From: Balanoglossus misakiensis
Lineage: Eukaryota; Animalia; Hemichordata
Direction of reading: 5' to 3'
Assembly: GCA_040954595.2 (NCBI GenBank)
Contig: CM082590.2
Span: 8,122,001-8,186,000, forward strand
Length of the DNA stretch: 64,000 nt
Position numbers and translations under genes: made by a program. Below the pieces are notes generated by a model. The model was given only the letters and a program-made list of their open reading frames with translations, ran no database searches and had not been told where the DNA came from. Below are positions 61,601 to 64,000 of this stretch, in pieces; position 1 is the stretch's first letter, and the number at the start of each line of letters is the position of its first letter.

Positions 61601-62871
61601 TCAGATGTTACCATGGAAACCAGTGGAGAGGATGGCGTTGTCAGGGGAACAGATGCGCTGACTCTGTTAGACCATCCTCCAACTAGGAACGATTTCATTA
61701 ATGAGCTTCTAGAAGTGAGTATTAATTTACGTTTTGGTAATATGACAGGAGTTCTGGAGTTTAAACTTAATTGAAAGCCCCGAAGCAACACGTTCTGAAC
61801 AAGTGAAGGTTTAAAGCAAGGCCTGTGATTAAATATTGAGTATTTATGTAATGTCTTTGAGTGACAGGTTGTTGGAAGTCACCACTTTACGAATCTAATC
61901 ATGGAAATTGTCGTTTAAACAATACCCTATAGTTTGAACAAATCACCTCAGAAATGGAGCATAATTGTTTTGTCTTTTACCTGTTTTTATGTACGACTAC
62001 AGCTCCAAGGTTTCCTGAGTCAGAGATGCAATGAAATGAAGGGAGAAGCCGACATTCTTTCCGTCAATCAGTTCCAAACAGCGCCGTCTATCCTGCAACT
62101 ACAGAACATTGACAGCGTGGCGGCCATGTTGGCTCAGGTCAATGAGGTCATTAATAATCTGACCTCTGGCAGGATGCAGCATCTATTTCTCATCAGAAGT
62201 TCCCCTAAGTGAGTGTATTTTAAACACAAAATGCAGGAAATACCAAAAATTGTCTATGTGATTCAAATCGGGAACAATTTTAGCAAAAATTTTGTGAAAA
62301 ACGATGAAAATGTTGCACCACATTTCGACAAGAAAAAATGGAGTCCAAACAGTTAATACCATTCAACCAACCCTTCATTATTCACAGGTATGTTGACAGA
62401 TTAACAGAATCATTGAAACAGAAACTAGAGCAAGCAGAGAAAATGTTGGCATCTCAGAATGCAGTGGCTGAGCAAAGGAAAGCGGTTTTAGCAGAACAGA
62501 AACAGATTGAACCAAAAGTTGGCGTTCTGGTGTCAAAAACAAAGGAACTTCAAAAACAGGTATATCATTCCGTTCATAATAAGCAATACCTGAAGCAGAA
62601 GCATTAGTTTATTATGTGTTAAAGATCAGCACGGCTGTACTTCTATCTGTAACTGTGTTGGCATGGTCCTGGGCAAAATATTGAAGGAGGCAGCCATATT
62701 GTCTCAAATTTGAATATTCAAAATGGCCGCCATCTCTGTGTTAATCTATGGAGAAAAGTATACAAATTCACCCAACAACTTTTTTGTGCTCTCTTGCAGA
62801 TTGAAGCAGACATCTCCAAACGATACAAGAACCGACCTGTCAATTTAATGGGTGCAATCAATCTGATATAA
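58621..62871 (+). CDS. CDK5RAP3: CDK5 regulatory subunit-associated protein 3 (C53/LZAP; UFMylation and ER-phagy adaptor), 13 coding exons
   Basis: Exons 58621-58626, 58743-58809 ([11 protein letters not shown]), 59037-59168 (WLIDRRH..KWQ), 59346-59446 ([18 protein letters not shown]), 59673-59810 ([18 protein letters not shown]), 60078-60167, 60629-60765, 60955-61099, 61345-61419, 61544-61714 (IDWG), 62003-62208, 62388-62559 and 62800-62871 ([18 protein letters not shown]). Confidence 0.96.
60281..60505. mobile_element. Two adjacent piggyBac-like MITEs of about 90 bp in opposite orientation
   Basis: 60281-60373 and about 60415-60505, both with CCCTTTCACC-like and GGTGAAAGGGTTAA ends. Confidence 0.75.
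61103..61238. mobile_element. Tc1/mariner (pogo/Tigger-like) MITE
   Basis: TA|CAGTCAAACCTGTGTTAGTGGCCAC...TGGCCACTATAGACTGGTTCGACTA|TA; related sequences at about 38390, 53293-53452 and 31989. Confidence 0.65.
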
Positions 62872-64000
62872 AATTAATTATATAGTTTCAATTTATGATT
62901 TATCATTGTATATTGTCGCGTAGTGTCAATACATACTTACAATTCTGTGGAAAATGTTTATTATTAAAAATAATTATATCTATCAGTTAAGTCTGCATAT
63001 GTGTATATTGTTTCTTTATCTGCCAATTTATTGTGTACTGAGTTTCGTTCCTAAGAAATGAAAAACAAAATGCAAGACAGAAAGCTTTTATATGTTTATT
63101 TCAGAAAAAAATTATATACATGAAATTTGCTATAGCTTATAAACACTACATCATGGCTAGAACACTACACAACCAAATTTTCCCAAATTAAAAGATACAT
63201 TATGTAGATACAGAATTTCACTTTGGGCCATTAACATTTCAACCAAGACAAAAAAAAAAACAAGACAAAAACAAACAAATGTCCCATCAACAGGTGGAAT
63301 TCATTCTTTGTAACCATTTCACAGTCATTGGATTTGATTTCAGATGCGGAAATATTTTTTTGAAGAATTTTAACTGCTTATTTTACCCACCCCAGTTGAT
63401 AACAAGACCATACAAAATTTATGAAGGGATGTACAGCAAGTTATTATCAGAAAACAACATGCAACTCTTAAAACAGACTGCAATGGTTGAAATTATTATT
63501 ATTGTCGATATATTGCTGATGTAGCCTTACCATTTTGACATGAATGAAACATAGATGCTCATTGGCTGATTGCTCAAAGAAACCACAACAACATGATCCA
63601 ATGATAAGACCTGTTACATGATTTCACCAATTAACTAAAGACAGTATTGAAATTTGCTACAAATGAAAGGCAGATGCTTACTGGCTGATGAATGTCTTTG
63701 CCACAAAGAAACCACTACCAACATCCAATGACTAGTCACGTTCCATTATGATCTCAATTTCACCCACACAGACCAAGTGAATTTCTGTACATGCATTCTG
63801 ATACTATACTACAACTAGGGCTGTAGAAGATAACGTCAAAATATTATCACAAACGATGTTTATAACGAGACACTATATCTGCATGTAACCCCTTGAATGT
63901 CTGTACATATCTAACATGAACATCAAAAAAAAAAATCAAGAAAACTTTGACATAAATTATAAGAATACCAAACTAAGTGATTATCATTATTAATAATATA

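Overview
AT-rich, intron-containing animal genomic DNA, most likely an invertebrate deuterostome such as an enteropneust hemichordate (inferred from single-copy deuterostome-like genes and the TRIM-NHL type; not provable here). Bases 1-12,240 contain no credible protein-coding gene. They are a mosaic of unrelated tandem repeats (about 600 bp units each carrying a tRNA-like A/B-box cassette; 98 bp, 480/690 bp, 177 bp, 85 bp and about 220 bp units) rich in CTCF-, YY1- and octamer-like motifs. The rest is gene-dense: coatomer zeta (COPZ, minus, 7 exons) head-to-head with separase (ESPL1, plus, 22 exons), an intronless RING-B-box-filamin-NHL TRIM gene (minus), a CNC-bZIP Nrf gene (minus) combining NFE2L1 and NFE2L2 hallmarks, three tandem secreted short-chain-collagen-C4-like genes (plus) and CDK5RAP3/C53 (plus, 13 exons). 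COPZ-NFE2-CDK5RAP3 matches the Hox-flanking microsynteny of vertebrates. Introns and intergenic DNA carry several MITE families. The best leads are the tRNA-like/octamer/CTCF array, a candidate second first exon giving an Nrf2-like isoform, and a candidate hydrophobic alternative last exon of COPZ. Exon boundaries were read by eye and motif calls are unscored.
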